64,000 nucleotides of DNA from Solirubrobacterales bacterium (lineage in GTDB: Bacteria; Actinomycetota; Thermoleophilia; Solirubrobacterales; JBBDJG01), in contig JBBQNR010000004.1 in assembly GCA_038330145.1 (NCBI GenBank), positions 6,915 to 70,914 on the forward strand, read 5' to 3'. A program made the translations under genes and the position numbers. The notes below the pieces were generated by a model. The model did not search any database. It was not told the origin of the DNA and was given only the letters and a program-made list of their open reading frames with translations. Shown one piece after another: positions 16,914-24,634 of the stretch. Numbering within the stretch: position 1 is the stretch's first letter; each line of letters begins with the position of its first letter.

Positions 16914-18923
16914 CTAGGGTGCCTGGCCCGGGGGCGCCCTGCGTGACAGCAGGTCGAGGTCGGCGTCGACCATCAGGCGCACCAGCTGCTCGAAGCTCGT
17001 GCGCGGCTCCCAGCCGAGCTGCTGCTTCGCCTTCGAGTAGTCGCCGATCAGGTGATCGACCTCGGCGGGACGGAAGTAGCGCGGGTCGGTGTCGACGTGA
17101 TCGGCGGGGTCGAGCCCGACATGGGCGAAGGAGACGTCGACCAGCTCGCGCACGCTGTGCGCCTTGCCGGTCGCGATCACGAAGTCGTCGGGCTCGTCCT
17201 GCTGCAGCATCAGCCACATCGCCTCGACGTAGTCCTTCGCGTAGCCCCAGTCGCGCTCTGCGTCCAGGTTGCCGAGCAGCAGCTTGTCCTGGAGGCCGAG
17301 CTTGATCGAGGCCACCGCGTGGGTGACCTTGCGCGTCACGAACTCCAATCCGCGCCGGGGACTGTTGCTGATCACCAGCTTGCCGACACCGGCGCACAGC
17401 TTCCCGCTCTCGGTCTCGATGTCGAAGTTCCACTTGCTCGGAGGCGCCTGAAGCGGTTCGATGCGACGGATCTCGGCGGGGTTCTTGACCAGGTGCGCCC
17501 CCTTGCCCCCGACGAGAACGCCTGAGCGAATGTTGAGTTGGTAGTAGACCGCCTTGTCACGCTGCTCCGCGTACACGGAGCAATCGCGCCCCTGAATCGC
17601 GTACAGCCAGACCAATCCCTGCGCGAGCACCGCGCTGTTGGTCTTGACCGAGTCACCACCGCCCTTCTTGAGGCCGTCGGCGGCGTAGTAGCCGTTCAAG
17701 AAGGCCTCCTGGACCTCGCGATCGCCGTTCAGGACCAGCGGCGGGACCTTCTTGAAGCCGTCCTTCGTATAGAGCTGTTCTCGCAGCCACAATCCAGTGG
17801 CCCGCGGAGCCAGCAAGGCGAGCTTTCCTACTTCACGATCCTCGTTGAAGCCCGACCTGCCAACCCAGTACTTGCTCGTGCCCAGGAAACATCTGGACCA
17901 CAGTTCGGCGACCCCGGCGCGCATGCTCTCGTCGTTGTTCGTGAAGTCGGTACGTCCGTCCGGGCGGACGCAGCCGTCTCCGACCAGAGCACCCAGCAGC
18001 TCCGCGAGCTCGGTCGTCAAGACGGACCAGGGAAGCGTCTCTGGAAGAGATTCCGCCAGCTTGAGCTCATCGCCACCCTCCAGCTCGCTTGCCGGTACCA
18101 CCTCGTCGTCGGAGCGGAGCATGTTGTGGTGCGCCGTTACCCCGACGACTCCCGCGCGAGCCTCGACGGATAGCGGCTGGTGCTCCGGGTCGCCGTCCCG
18201 TCGGCGTGTTGCCGTGACGGCGCGCAACTCCACCCAGTCATCGCCGTCCCAGATCTCGACGCCTTCCGGAGTGCAGGTCTGCACGCTAGGGCCTTTGTCA
18301 TGAACCGCCATCAGATCGGCGGGCGTACTGACCTCTACAACCCCGCCTGTACGCAATATCAAAGGAGTGTTCGACATAACGGATTCGTGATTGAAAAGTA
18401 GCCCTGAGCAGGCAAAAAGCTCGTAGGACTCGCGGTAGTTGACGGTGATGAAGTGGCCGTAGGCCTTCGCCACGCCGTAGGGGCTGCGGGGGTAGAAGGG
18501 CGTCTTCTCCGTCTGCGGAACCTCGAGCACCTTGCCGAACATCTCGGAGGAGGAGGCCTGGTAGAAGCGCGCTTTCGGCGCGACCTCGCGCATCGCCTCC
18601 AGAATCCTCGTCACGCCCACCCCGGAGAACTCGGCGGTCAGCACGGGCTGGTTCCAGGACGCCGCGACGAACGACATCGCCGCCAGGTTGTAGATCTCCT
18701 CCGGCTCGCAGGCACGCATGACGTCCCCGAGTGAGCGCTGGTCGAGCAGATCCCCCGTATGGAGCGTGAGGCGGTCGCGGATGTGCTCGATGCGGTCGAA
18801 GGTCTCGGTCGAGGAGCGCCGCACCATGCCGTGCACCTCGTAGCCCTTCTCGAGCAGCAGGTCCGCAAGGTAGCTGCCGTCCTGGCCCGTTATGCCGGTG
18901 ATCAGCGCCCTTCGCTCACTCAT
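16914..18923 (-). CDS. gmd: GDP-mannose 4,6-dehydratase precursor containing an in-frame intein (669 aa precursor; 329 aa after splicing)
   Basis: N-extein: RALITGITGQDGSYLADLLLEKGYEVHG..SF..SW..P..TAE....GV.RILEA....YQASSSEMFG..PQ.E.TPFYPRSPYG.AK.YGH.ITVNYRESY.LFACSGLLFNHE. C-extein: SPRRGLEFVTRKVT.....KLG.Q..L.LGNLDA.RDWGYAKDYVEAMWLMLQQDEPDDFVIATG. Together these form a complete Gmd. Confidence 0.9.
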   Translation of the reverse strand: MSERRALITGITGQDGSYLADLLLEKGYEVHGMVRRSSTETFDRIEHIRDRLTLHTGDLLDQRSLGDVMRACEPEEIYNLAAMSFVAASWNQPVLTAEFSGVGVTRILEAMREVAPKARFYQASSSEMFGKVLEVPQTEKTPFYPRSPYGVAKAYGHFITVNYRESYELFACSGLLFNHESVMSNTPLILRTGGVVEVSTPADLMAVHDKGPSVQTCTPEGVEIWDGDDWVELRAVTATRRRDGDPEHQPLSVEARAGVVGVTAHHNMLRSDDEVVPASELEGGDELKLAESLPETLPWSVLTTELAELLGALVGDGCVRPDGRTDFTNNDESMRAGVAELWSRCFLGTSKYWVGRSGFNEDREVGKLALLAPRATGLWLREQLYTKDGFKKVPPLVLNGDREVQEAFLNGYYAADGLKKGGGDSVKTNSAVLAQGLVWLYAIQGRDCSVYAEQRDKAVYYQLNIRSGVLVGGKGAHLVKNPAEIRRIEPLQAPPSKWNFDIETESGKLCAGVGKLVISNSPRRGLEFVTRKVTHAVASIKLGLQDKLLLGNLDAERDWGYAKDYVEAMWLMLQQDEPDDFVIATGKAHSVRELVDVSFAHVGLDPADHVDTDPRYFRPAEVDHLIGDYSKAKQQLGWEPRTSFEQLVRLMVDADLDLLSRRAPPGQAP
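17364..18383 (-). mobile_element. Intein with a LAGLIDADG homing-endonuclease domain, inserted in gmd (340 codons)
   Basis: The insertion splits the conserved Gmd motif NHE|SPRRG. It starts with Ser (SVMSNTPLIL..) and has a block-B-like VTAHHNML. Two LAGLIDADG motifs are present (LAELLGALVGDGCV and EAFLNGYYAADGL). It ends ..KWNFDIETESGKLCAGVGKLVISN, followed by a +1 Ser. GC is lower than in the host gene (sample lines about 45-62%). Confidence 0.85.
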
Positions 18924-18948
18924 GCCCGCAACCTCAGTTCCATGATCG

Positions 18949-19938
18949 TCATCGGCTCCATTCTCGTTGACTCAAGACGTCACCCGGCGCCGCCACCCGC
19001 TCCCTCCACCAGTCGAGCGTGTCGCGCAACGTCTGGTCGAGCGGGACCCGCGGCTCCCAGCCGGTCGCGCCGGTCAGCTTGTCGTGTGAGGCTCTGATCT
19101 CCATCACCTCGTGCGGTCGCAACCTGCCGGGATCGGTTCGCTGCCTCACCTCCAGCGACGAGTGGCCGGCGAGCGCCGCGAGGATATCCGCGATGGAAGT
19201 CGCCACGCCGCTGCCGACGTTGTAGACGCCGGGCTCGCCCCGCTCCAGCGCAAGCCAGTATGCGCGCACGACGTCGCGCACGTCGGTGAAGTCGCGTCGC
19301 GGCTCGAGGTTGCCTGTCACCAGCTCGACGCTGGCGTTGCCGGCCGCCTCGGCTTCCGCTATCTGGCGTGCGAACGCGGACACCACGTAATCGTCCGACT
19401 GCCCGGGCCCGGCATGGTTGAAGGCGCGCGTGCGCACGGTGCTGAGGCCGTGCGCGTCGCTGTACATGCCGCCCAGCAGGTCGACCGCGGCCTTGCTGAC
19501 CGCGTAGGGGTTCTGCGGCGAGAGGCGTGCGCGCTCGTCGACCGGCAGCGACTCGGGTGCGCCGTACTCCTCGCCCGAGCATGCGAGCAGCACCTGCGCC
19601 GACGGCGCTTCCGCGCGCAGCGCCTCGAGCAGGTTGACCGTCATCTCGACGTTGCGGGTGATGGTGCCGCCGGGGTCCTGCCACGAGCGCGCGACCGCGG
19701 CCTCGGCGGCGAGATGGAAGACCAGATCTGGCTGCGCCGCGCGAATGCACTCCCTGGTCTGATCGGCGTCGAGCAGGTCGCAGCGCAGGTACTCCGATGC
19801 GCGTGAGGCGACGCCGGCATCCGGCTCGGCCTTGAGGCCGGTCCCGATCACGGTCGCCCCCTGCTGCGAGCAGACCGCGGCCAGGTGACCTCCCGCAAAG
19901 CCGGCGATGCCGGTGATCAGCGCGCGCACGCCGAGCAA
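18949..19938 (-). CDS. rmd: GDP-4-dehydro-6-deoxy-D-mannose reductase (GDP-D-rhamnose synthase, Rmd-like SDR)
   Basis: Colinear by eye with characterised Rmd enzymes: RALITGIAGFAGGHLA, FHLAAEAAVARSW.DP..T...NV..T.NLLEA.R, L.CSGEEYG, PQNPYAVSKAA, RTRAFNH.GPGQS..YV.SAFA.QIA.AE, VTGNLEPRRDFTDVRDVVRAYWL, YNVGSG, LRP.EV....AS..KL...TGW.P. It sits immediately upstream of gmd. Confidence 0.7.
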   Translation of the reverse strand: MLGVRALITGIAGFAGGHLAAVCSQQGATVIGTGLKAEPDAGVASRASEYLRCDLLDADQTRECIRAAQPDLVFHLAAEAAVARSWQDPGGTITRNVEMTVNLLEALRAEAPSAQVLLACSGEEYGAPESLPVDERARLSPQNPYAVSKAAVDLLGGMYSDAHGLSTVRTRAFNHAGPGQSDDYVVSAFARQIAEAEAAGNASVELVTGNLEPRRDFTDVRDVVRAYWLALERGEPGVYNVGSGVATSIADILAALAGHSSLEVRQRTDPGRLRPHEVMEIRASHDKLTGATGWEPRVPLDQTLRDTLDWWRERVAAPGDVLSQREWSR

Positions 19939-19939
19939 G

Positions 19940-21496
19940 CTATCGAACGGGCGGATAGCCGGCGGACGTGGACGCTGCCGCGCCAGGCCGCCGCACCAGG
20001 TCCACGAAGGCGGTGCTGACGCTGGGCCAGAAGCGCAATGCGAGAGCGCAGTAGACGAGCGCTCCGGCCAGCGCCGACCCGAGCGCCGCGGCCCAGCCGG
20101 GATCGCTGCCCAGAGGCAGGCGCAGAAGCAGGAAGACGGTCGCGAAGGCGAACGCCGGAGCGGCGCGCCGCAGCGCCCCGAACGCGACCGCCGCCGCTCG
20201 CGGGCCGTAGGCGGTCCGCATCACGAGCGCGCACATGACGACCGCCGACGCGAAATGGCCGGCCGCCACCGCGCGGGGTCCCAGCGTCGAGAGCGGGATC
20301 ACGATCGCCGCGTGCACGGCGATTCCCGCCAGCGCCGTCAGCAGGTACTGGCGCCAGCGTCCGAGCGCCAGCGACACCATCGCCGCCAGCACCATCAACG
20401 CCGCCGGCACGATCATGGCGCAGAGCCAGAGGCCGACGTCGAACAGCAGGCCGATCGTGGAGTCCGACATCGAACCGGCGAAGATCGCCTCGAGCAACGG
20501 CCGGCCGTCCGCTGCATAGGCGAACAGCAGCGGCGCCACGACGGCCAGTGCGTAGGGAGCGACGCGCAGGAAGTGGCGCTCGGCCGCGTCCTTGCCCTCG
20601 CTCGCGAGCCGGCTGACGAGGTCGGGCAGCGTCACCAGCCCCAGCGGCAGCGAGCTGATGGTGAGGATCACGGTCGCCATGAAGTAGGCGTACGAGTAGG
20701 CGGTGATCGCGCCGGCATGACTGGAGATGGTCGCGAGGCTGATGGCGAGGTTGATCTGGAGCGCCATGCCGATCGAAGCCCCCGCAAGCAGCGCCAGCGC
20801 GAGCCGCCACAGCTCGCGCTCGCGCAGCCAGCTCGGTCGTAGGCGCAGCCGGATCCCGAACCGGCGCAGGTAGAGCGCATGCCCGGCTCCCAGCACGACG
20901 GCGCCGGCGAGCAGGCCTAAGGCTCCGCCGAGAATGCCGATCGCCTCCAGCAGCACCGCCGAGCAGGCGAGTGCAACCACCCCCGAGGCGACGTAGAGGG
21001 TGGCCGAGAACAGGAAGCGCCGGCCGGCGGTGAGCGCCGCCGACGCCGACGCCGCCTGCAGCTGCATGTACGCGGCCGGTGACAGGATCAGCACCGTCAG
21101 CACGGCGGTCCAGCGATCGTCCGCGGGCAGCCCGTGAGTGAGGGCCTGGCCCGCGATCGGGGAGACCAGCAGCAGGACACCGAGAGCCACCAGCCCGATC
21201 AGCCGAATGCGCGACAGCACCTCCGCCACGCGGGCGCGAAAGCCCTGGTCGGTCTCGGCGTGACCGAGCAGCGGCACCACCGACGCTCGCATCGAGGCTC
21301 CGAAACCCGCGAACACGAAGTAGATCGAATAACCGGCGAGGAAGGCGTCGGTGTCGTTGCCCTCGCCAATGATGAACACGACCAGCAACGCCTGCCCCGC
21401 GCCCATCAGCGCGGCCAGCAGCAGGCTGGCCGAGACGATCACCGAACTGTGCGAGAGACTGGTCTCGGACAGCAGCAGCGAACGATCTTCGTTCAC
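19940..21496 (-). CDS. MOP-superfamily flippase (MurJ/MviN-like polysaccharide or lipid-linked oligosaccharide flippase)
   Basis: A 518-aa, highly hydrophobic protein with about 14 helices. The N terminus is MurJ-like (..NDTDAFLAGYSIYFVFAGFGASMRASVVPLLG). It is translationally coupled to neighbours on both sides. Confidence 0.65.
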   Translation of the reverse strand: MNEDRSLLLSETSLSHSSVIVSASLLLAALMGAGQALLVVFIIGEGNDTDAFLAGYSIYFVFAGFGASMRASVVPLLGHAETDQGFRARVAEVLSRIRLIGLVALGVLLLVSPIAGQALTHGLPADDRWTAVLTVLILSPAAYMQLQAASASAALTAGRRFLFSATLYVASGVVALACSAVLLEAIGILGGALGLLAGAVVLGAGHALYLRRFGIRLRLRPSWLRERELWRLALALLAGASIGMALQINLAISLATISSHAGAITAYSYAYFMATVILTISSLPLGLVTLPDLVSRLASEGKDAAERHFLRVAPYALAVVAPLLFAYAADGRPLLEAIFAGSMSDSTIGLLFDVGLWLCAMIVPAALMVLAAMVSLALGRWRQYLLTALAGIAVHAAIVIPLSTLGPRAVAAGHFASAVVMCALVMRTAYGPRAAAVAFGALRRAAPAFAFATVFLLLRLPLGSDPGWAAALGSALAGALVYCALALRFWPSVSTAFVDLVRRPGAAASTSAGYPPVR

Positions 21497-22629
21497 GTCG
21501 CGGCGGGGTGCGCGCGGGCCGGGTGCGCGCGCGCCGGCTGCGCGCAGGCCACCAGCCGGTCGAGCACCGCCTCTGCGCTGTGCTCCCAGGCGAGCCCGCG
21601 GGACAGCTCACGCCCACGCACGCGCAGGGTCTCGCGCTTGTCCGCGGCCGCCAGCAGCTCCTCCAGTGCGTCACGGATGTCCATCACGTCGAGGGGATTC
21701 ACGTAGCGGGCCCCGTCCCCTGCCACCTCGGGCAGGCTCGACACGTTCGAGGTGATGACCGGCGCGCCGGACCGCATCGCCTCGACCAGCGGCAACCCGA
21801 AGCCCTCGTAGAGCGACGGGTAGCAGAAGACTGTGCAGGCCTGATACAGCGCGACGAGATCTTCCTCCGGAACGTAGCCGAGCAGCTTCACGAGGTCGGG
21901 ATGGAGGCTGGCGCTGCGAAGTGTCTCCTTCATCCGCCATCCCTCGGGACCGGTGAACACGAGCTGGTGCGAGTCGCGCAGCGGCCCGGGCAGCCCCGAG
22001 AAGGCCTCGATCAACCGCGGCACGTTCTTGCGTGGCTCGAGTGTCGACGTCAGCAGCACGAACGGGCGGCCGAGGCCATAGCGGCTGCGAACCCGTTCCA
22101 GCTCCTCGTCGCTGCAGGTGCGCGAGAAGCGCCGGCTCGCCGCGAGCGGGATCACGGTCGTCTTTCCCGCCGCGGCCGGAAAGCGCGACAGGAGATCACG
22201 CTCGGTGGCGCGCGAGATGCAGATCACCGCTCTGGCCCGGCGCAGGCCGCGGCGGATGGTCGCGCGCTCGATCAGGCTCGCCCGCCGCTGGGGCGCCGCT
22301 CCGGGAACGAAGGCGACCATGTCATAGACGAGCTGCACACTGGGAATGCTCGTGAACCACGGTGTCAGGTAGCTGTTGGTGGAGAGGAAGACATCGCAAT
22401 CGCGACTTGCGAGAGCGGCTGTGTGCAGGTGCCAGAACGGCTCGCGAGTGCCCACGGGGCGCCAGCTGAAGCGCTCGTCGAGAAGCAGCTCCGGCGCGGG
22501 ATCGCGGCAGTAGAGGACGAAGTGGTGATCGTGGTCCAGACGCGCCAGCGCCTCCAGCAACTCTCGCGCGACGCGGCCACGCCCGGCCCTCTCGCCGGCG
22601 GCCGCGCGTGCGTCGATCCCGATCTTCAT
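21493..22629 (-). CDS. Family 4 glycosyltransferase
   Basis: MKIGIDARAAAGERAGRGRV, then FVLLTSTLEPRKNV..L and CYPSLYEGFGLPLVEAMRSGAPVITSNVSSLPEVAGD. The C-terminal tail carries a small tandem PARAH PARAH. Confidence 0.85.
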   Translation of the reverse strand: MKIGIDARAAAGERAGRGRVARELLEALARLDHDHHFVLYCRDPAPELLLDERFSWRPVGTREPFWHLHTAALASRDCDVFLSTNSYLTPWFTSIPSVQLVYDMVAFVPGAAPQRRASLIERATIRRGLRRARAVICISRATERDLLSRFPAAAGKTTVIPLAASRRFSRTCSDEELERVRSRYGLGRPFVLLTSTLEPRKNVPRLIEAFSGLPGPLRDSHQLVFTGPEGWRMKETLRSASLHPDLVKLLGYVPEEDLVALYQACTVFCYPSLYEGFGLPLVEAMRSGAPVITSNVSSLPEVAGDGARYVNPLDVMDIRDALEELLAAADKRETLRVRGRELSRGLAWEHSAEAVLDRLVACAQPARAHPARAHPAAT

Positions 22630-22643
22630 GGACGATACCCGTC

Positions 22644-23783
22644 GTGAGTAGTCGCCACATCGGCCTCAACCTGATCTACCTCGTGCCCGGGGAGACCGGC
22701 GGCACGGAGGTCGTCGCCCGTGAGCTGCTGCCCGAATTGATCGCGGCGCGACCGCAGTTCCGGTTCACGCTGTTCGTGAATCGCGAGACGGCCGAGTCCG
22801 GTGACGGGTTCTTCCAGCAGCTCGCTCCCTGTGTGACGGTTCCCGTGCGCGCGCGCCGGCGAGCCGATTGGGTGCGCGGTGAGCAGCAGCTGCTGCCTCG
22901 GCTCGCCCGCGCCGCCGGCGTCGACCTCGTTCACAGCCTCGCCAACACCGGCCCCGCCTGGGGCCGGTTCCGACGCGTTGTGACGATTCACGACCTCATC
23001 CACCGTGTCCATCGTGAAGCACACTTCGGCCTACGTGGGCTGGGCATGGGGATGCTAGTGTCGCTCGCGGCGCGCAGGTCGGATCGCGTGATCGCCGATT
23101 CCCGCAGCACGCGCGAGGATTTGGAGCGCCTGCTCGGCCTCGACCCGTCGAAGATCGACGTGGCTCCGCTGGGAGTCCGCGCCGCCACGGCGCAGGGATC
23201 CCTGGGGGAGGAGGAGGTTCGCCGCCGCCAGCGGCTGGGGGACCGGAAGATCCTGCTCAGCGTCTCGGCCAAGCGGCCGCACAAGAACCTGGCGCGGCTG
23301 CTGGAGGCGATGTCGCTGCTGCCCGCCGGGGAGCGGCCGGTCCTGGTGCTGCCCGGCTACCCAACGCCCTACGAGCAGGAGCTGCGCCGGCGGGCATCGG
23401 AGCTGGGCCTGGCCGAGGACGTGCGGCTGCTCGGCTGGCTCCCGGACGAGGAGCTGGAGGGCCATTACGCCGCCGCGGCCTGCTTCGTGTTCCCGTCCCT
23501 CTACGAGGGCTTCGGGCTGCCGGTGCTGGAGGCGATGGCGCGCGGCGTGCCCGTCGCCTGCTCCGGGCGCGGGTCGCTGGCCGAGGTCGCGGGCGAGGCG
23601 GCGGAGCTGTTCGACCCCGAGGACCCGGCCGACATCGCCCGAGCGGTGACCCACATTCTTGGTGATCCGGGGCTTGCCGAGCGGCTGCGCGCCGCCGGCC
23701 GCGCGCAGGCCGCGCGCTTCTCGTGGCAGCAGACCGCCGCCGCGACGCTGGAGAGCTACGAGCGCGCGCTCGGGCTCGGCTGA
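22644..23783 (+). CDS. Family 4 glycosyltransferase
   Basis: IGLNLIYLVPGETGGTEV, then LLSVSAKRPHKNLARLL and VFPSLYEGFGLPVLEAMARGVPVACSGRGSLAEVAGE. GTG 22644 is only 14 nt from the divergent gene's ATG. Confidence 0.85.
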   Translation: MSSRHIGLNLIYLVPGETGGTEVVARELLPELIAARPQFRFTLFVNRETAESGDGFFQQLAPCVTVPVRARRRADWVRGEQQLLPRLARAAGVDLVHSLANTGPAWGRFRRVVTIHDLIHRVHREAHFGLRGLGMGMLVSLAARRSDRVIADSRSTREDLERLLGLDPSKIDVAPLGVRAATAQGSLGEEEVRRRQRLGDRKILLSVSAKRPHKNLARLLEAMSLLPAGERPVLVLPGYPTPYEQELRRRASELGLAEDVRLLGWLPDEELEGHYAAAACFVFPSLYEGFGLPVLEAMARGVPVACSGRGSLAEVAGEAAELFDPEDPADIARAVTHILGDPGLAERLRAAGRAQAARFSWQQTAAATLESYERALGLG

Positions 23784-24634
23784 CTGTCCCGCCACGCCCA
23801 CAGCATCCCCACGCAGTCACGCTCGCGGTGGAAGATCGGCGCCACCGAGTAGCCGGAGCGCTCGAGCAGCTCGATCGCATGCCGGCGCGGGTCCGGCTGC
23901 GAGCAGAGATGCGGGTGGTACTCGAGCACCAGCGCGCGCGCCGGAACGGAGGCGAAGCGCTCGTCCTCCATGATCGCCCACTCGCCACCCTCGATGTCGA
24001 TCTTGAGCAGGTCGACCTCGCGCAGGTACGGAAAGACGTCGAGCGCGGGAACGCTGGTCGTGCCGGGCGGCCGCTCGCCCACCGCTGCGACGTGAGAGAT
24101 GGCGCCCTGCGCGGCGACGAACTCGAGCGTGCCGTCACGCGTCCACGCGCAGGCCTCGATCCGCTGCCACGTGCGCTCGCGCCCGTTCGACTCGACGCAG
24201 CATGCGAGCAGGCGCGCGTTGTCGCGATCCGGCTCGAACGCGGTTATGCGCGCGTCCGGATAGCGGTCGACGGCGTGGGCGCCGAAGAGGCCGATGTTCG
24301 CGCCCAGGTCGACGACGTCGAGTTTCGGCTCCGATCCTCCGAGCGCCGCCTCCACCTGTGGAGGCGGGTCGTAGAGCCGCTGCGAGAACACCTCGTCGAG
24401 CGCCCACACGTCCTCGGTGCTGTGTCGAAGGCAGACCATCACGCCGGTCCCGCGCACCCGGTAGCGGCCGGTCACCCGCCGTCCTCGCAGCTCGCGCGAC
24501 GCGAACGCCCATCGCTCCTGCACCAGGCTCGCCCGCAGCGCGAATGCGACCCGGCGCAGCGGCCCCAGCGCGGCCAGGCGCCGCACAGCCGAGATTCCGG
24601 CGAGACGCCGCATCTGCGACAGCAGCCGGCTCAT
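23756..24634 (-). CDS. FkbM-family methyltransferase
   Basis: VVDLGANIGLFG, ITAFEPD..N, and DLLKIDIEGGEW.I. Only the last 292 codons of the 573-aa track ORF are real. The ATG overlaps the upstream stop (ATGA 24631-24634). Confidence 0.8.
   Translation of the reverse strand: MSRLLSQMRRLAGISAVRRLAALGPLRRVAFALRASLVQERWAFASRELRGRRVTGRYRVRGTGVMVCLRHSTEDVWALDEVFSQRLYDPPPQVEAALGGSEPKLDVVDLGANIGLFGAHAVDRYPDARITAFEPDRDNARLLACCVESNGRERTWQRIEACAWTRDGTLEFVAAQGAISHVAAVGERPPGTTSVPALDVFPYLREVDLLKIDIEGGEWAIMEDERFASVPARALVLEYHPHLCSQPDPRRHAIELLERSGYSVAPIFHRERDCVGMLWAWRDSQPSPSARS

Noticed and set aside
16914-18923. The long gmd ORF as a fusion with an unrelated domain, or as an assembly artefact
   Set aside because: The insert is exactly in frame, is bounded by Ser ... 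Asn|Ser splice-junction residues, splits a conserved motif cleanly and contains two LAGLIDADG motifs. Together these features are specific for an intein.
21500-21545. Short GC-rich tandem (gggtgcgcgcg..; PARAH-PARAH) at the GT4/flippase junction, and the GDRRAG-GDRRAG tandem at 35520-35560, as meaningful repeats
   Set aside because: These are very short, low-complexity GC-rich duplications inside the disordered C-terminal tails of proteins. Such duplications are common in high-GC genomes, and there is no evidence of function.
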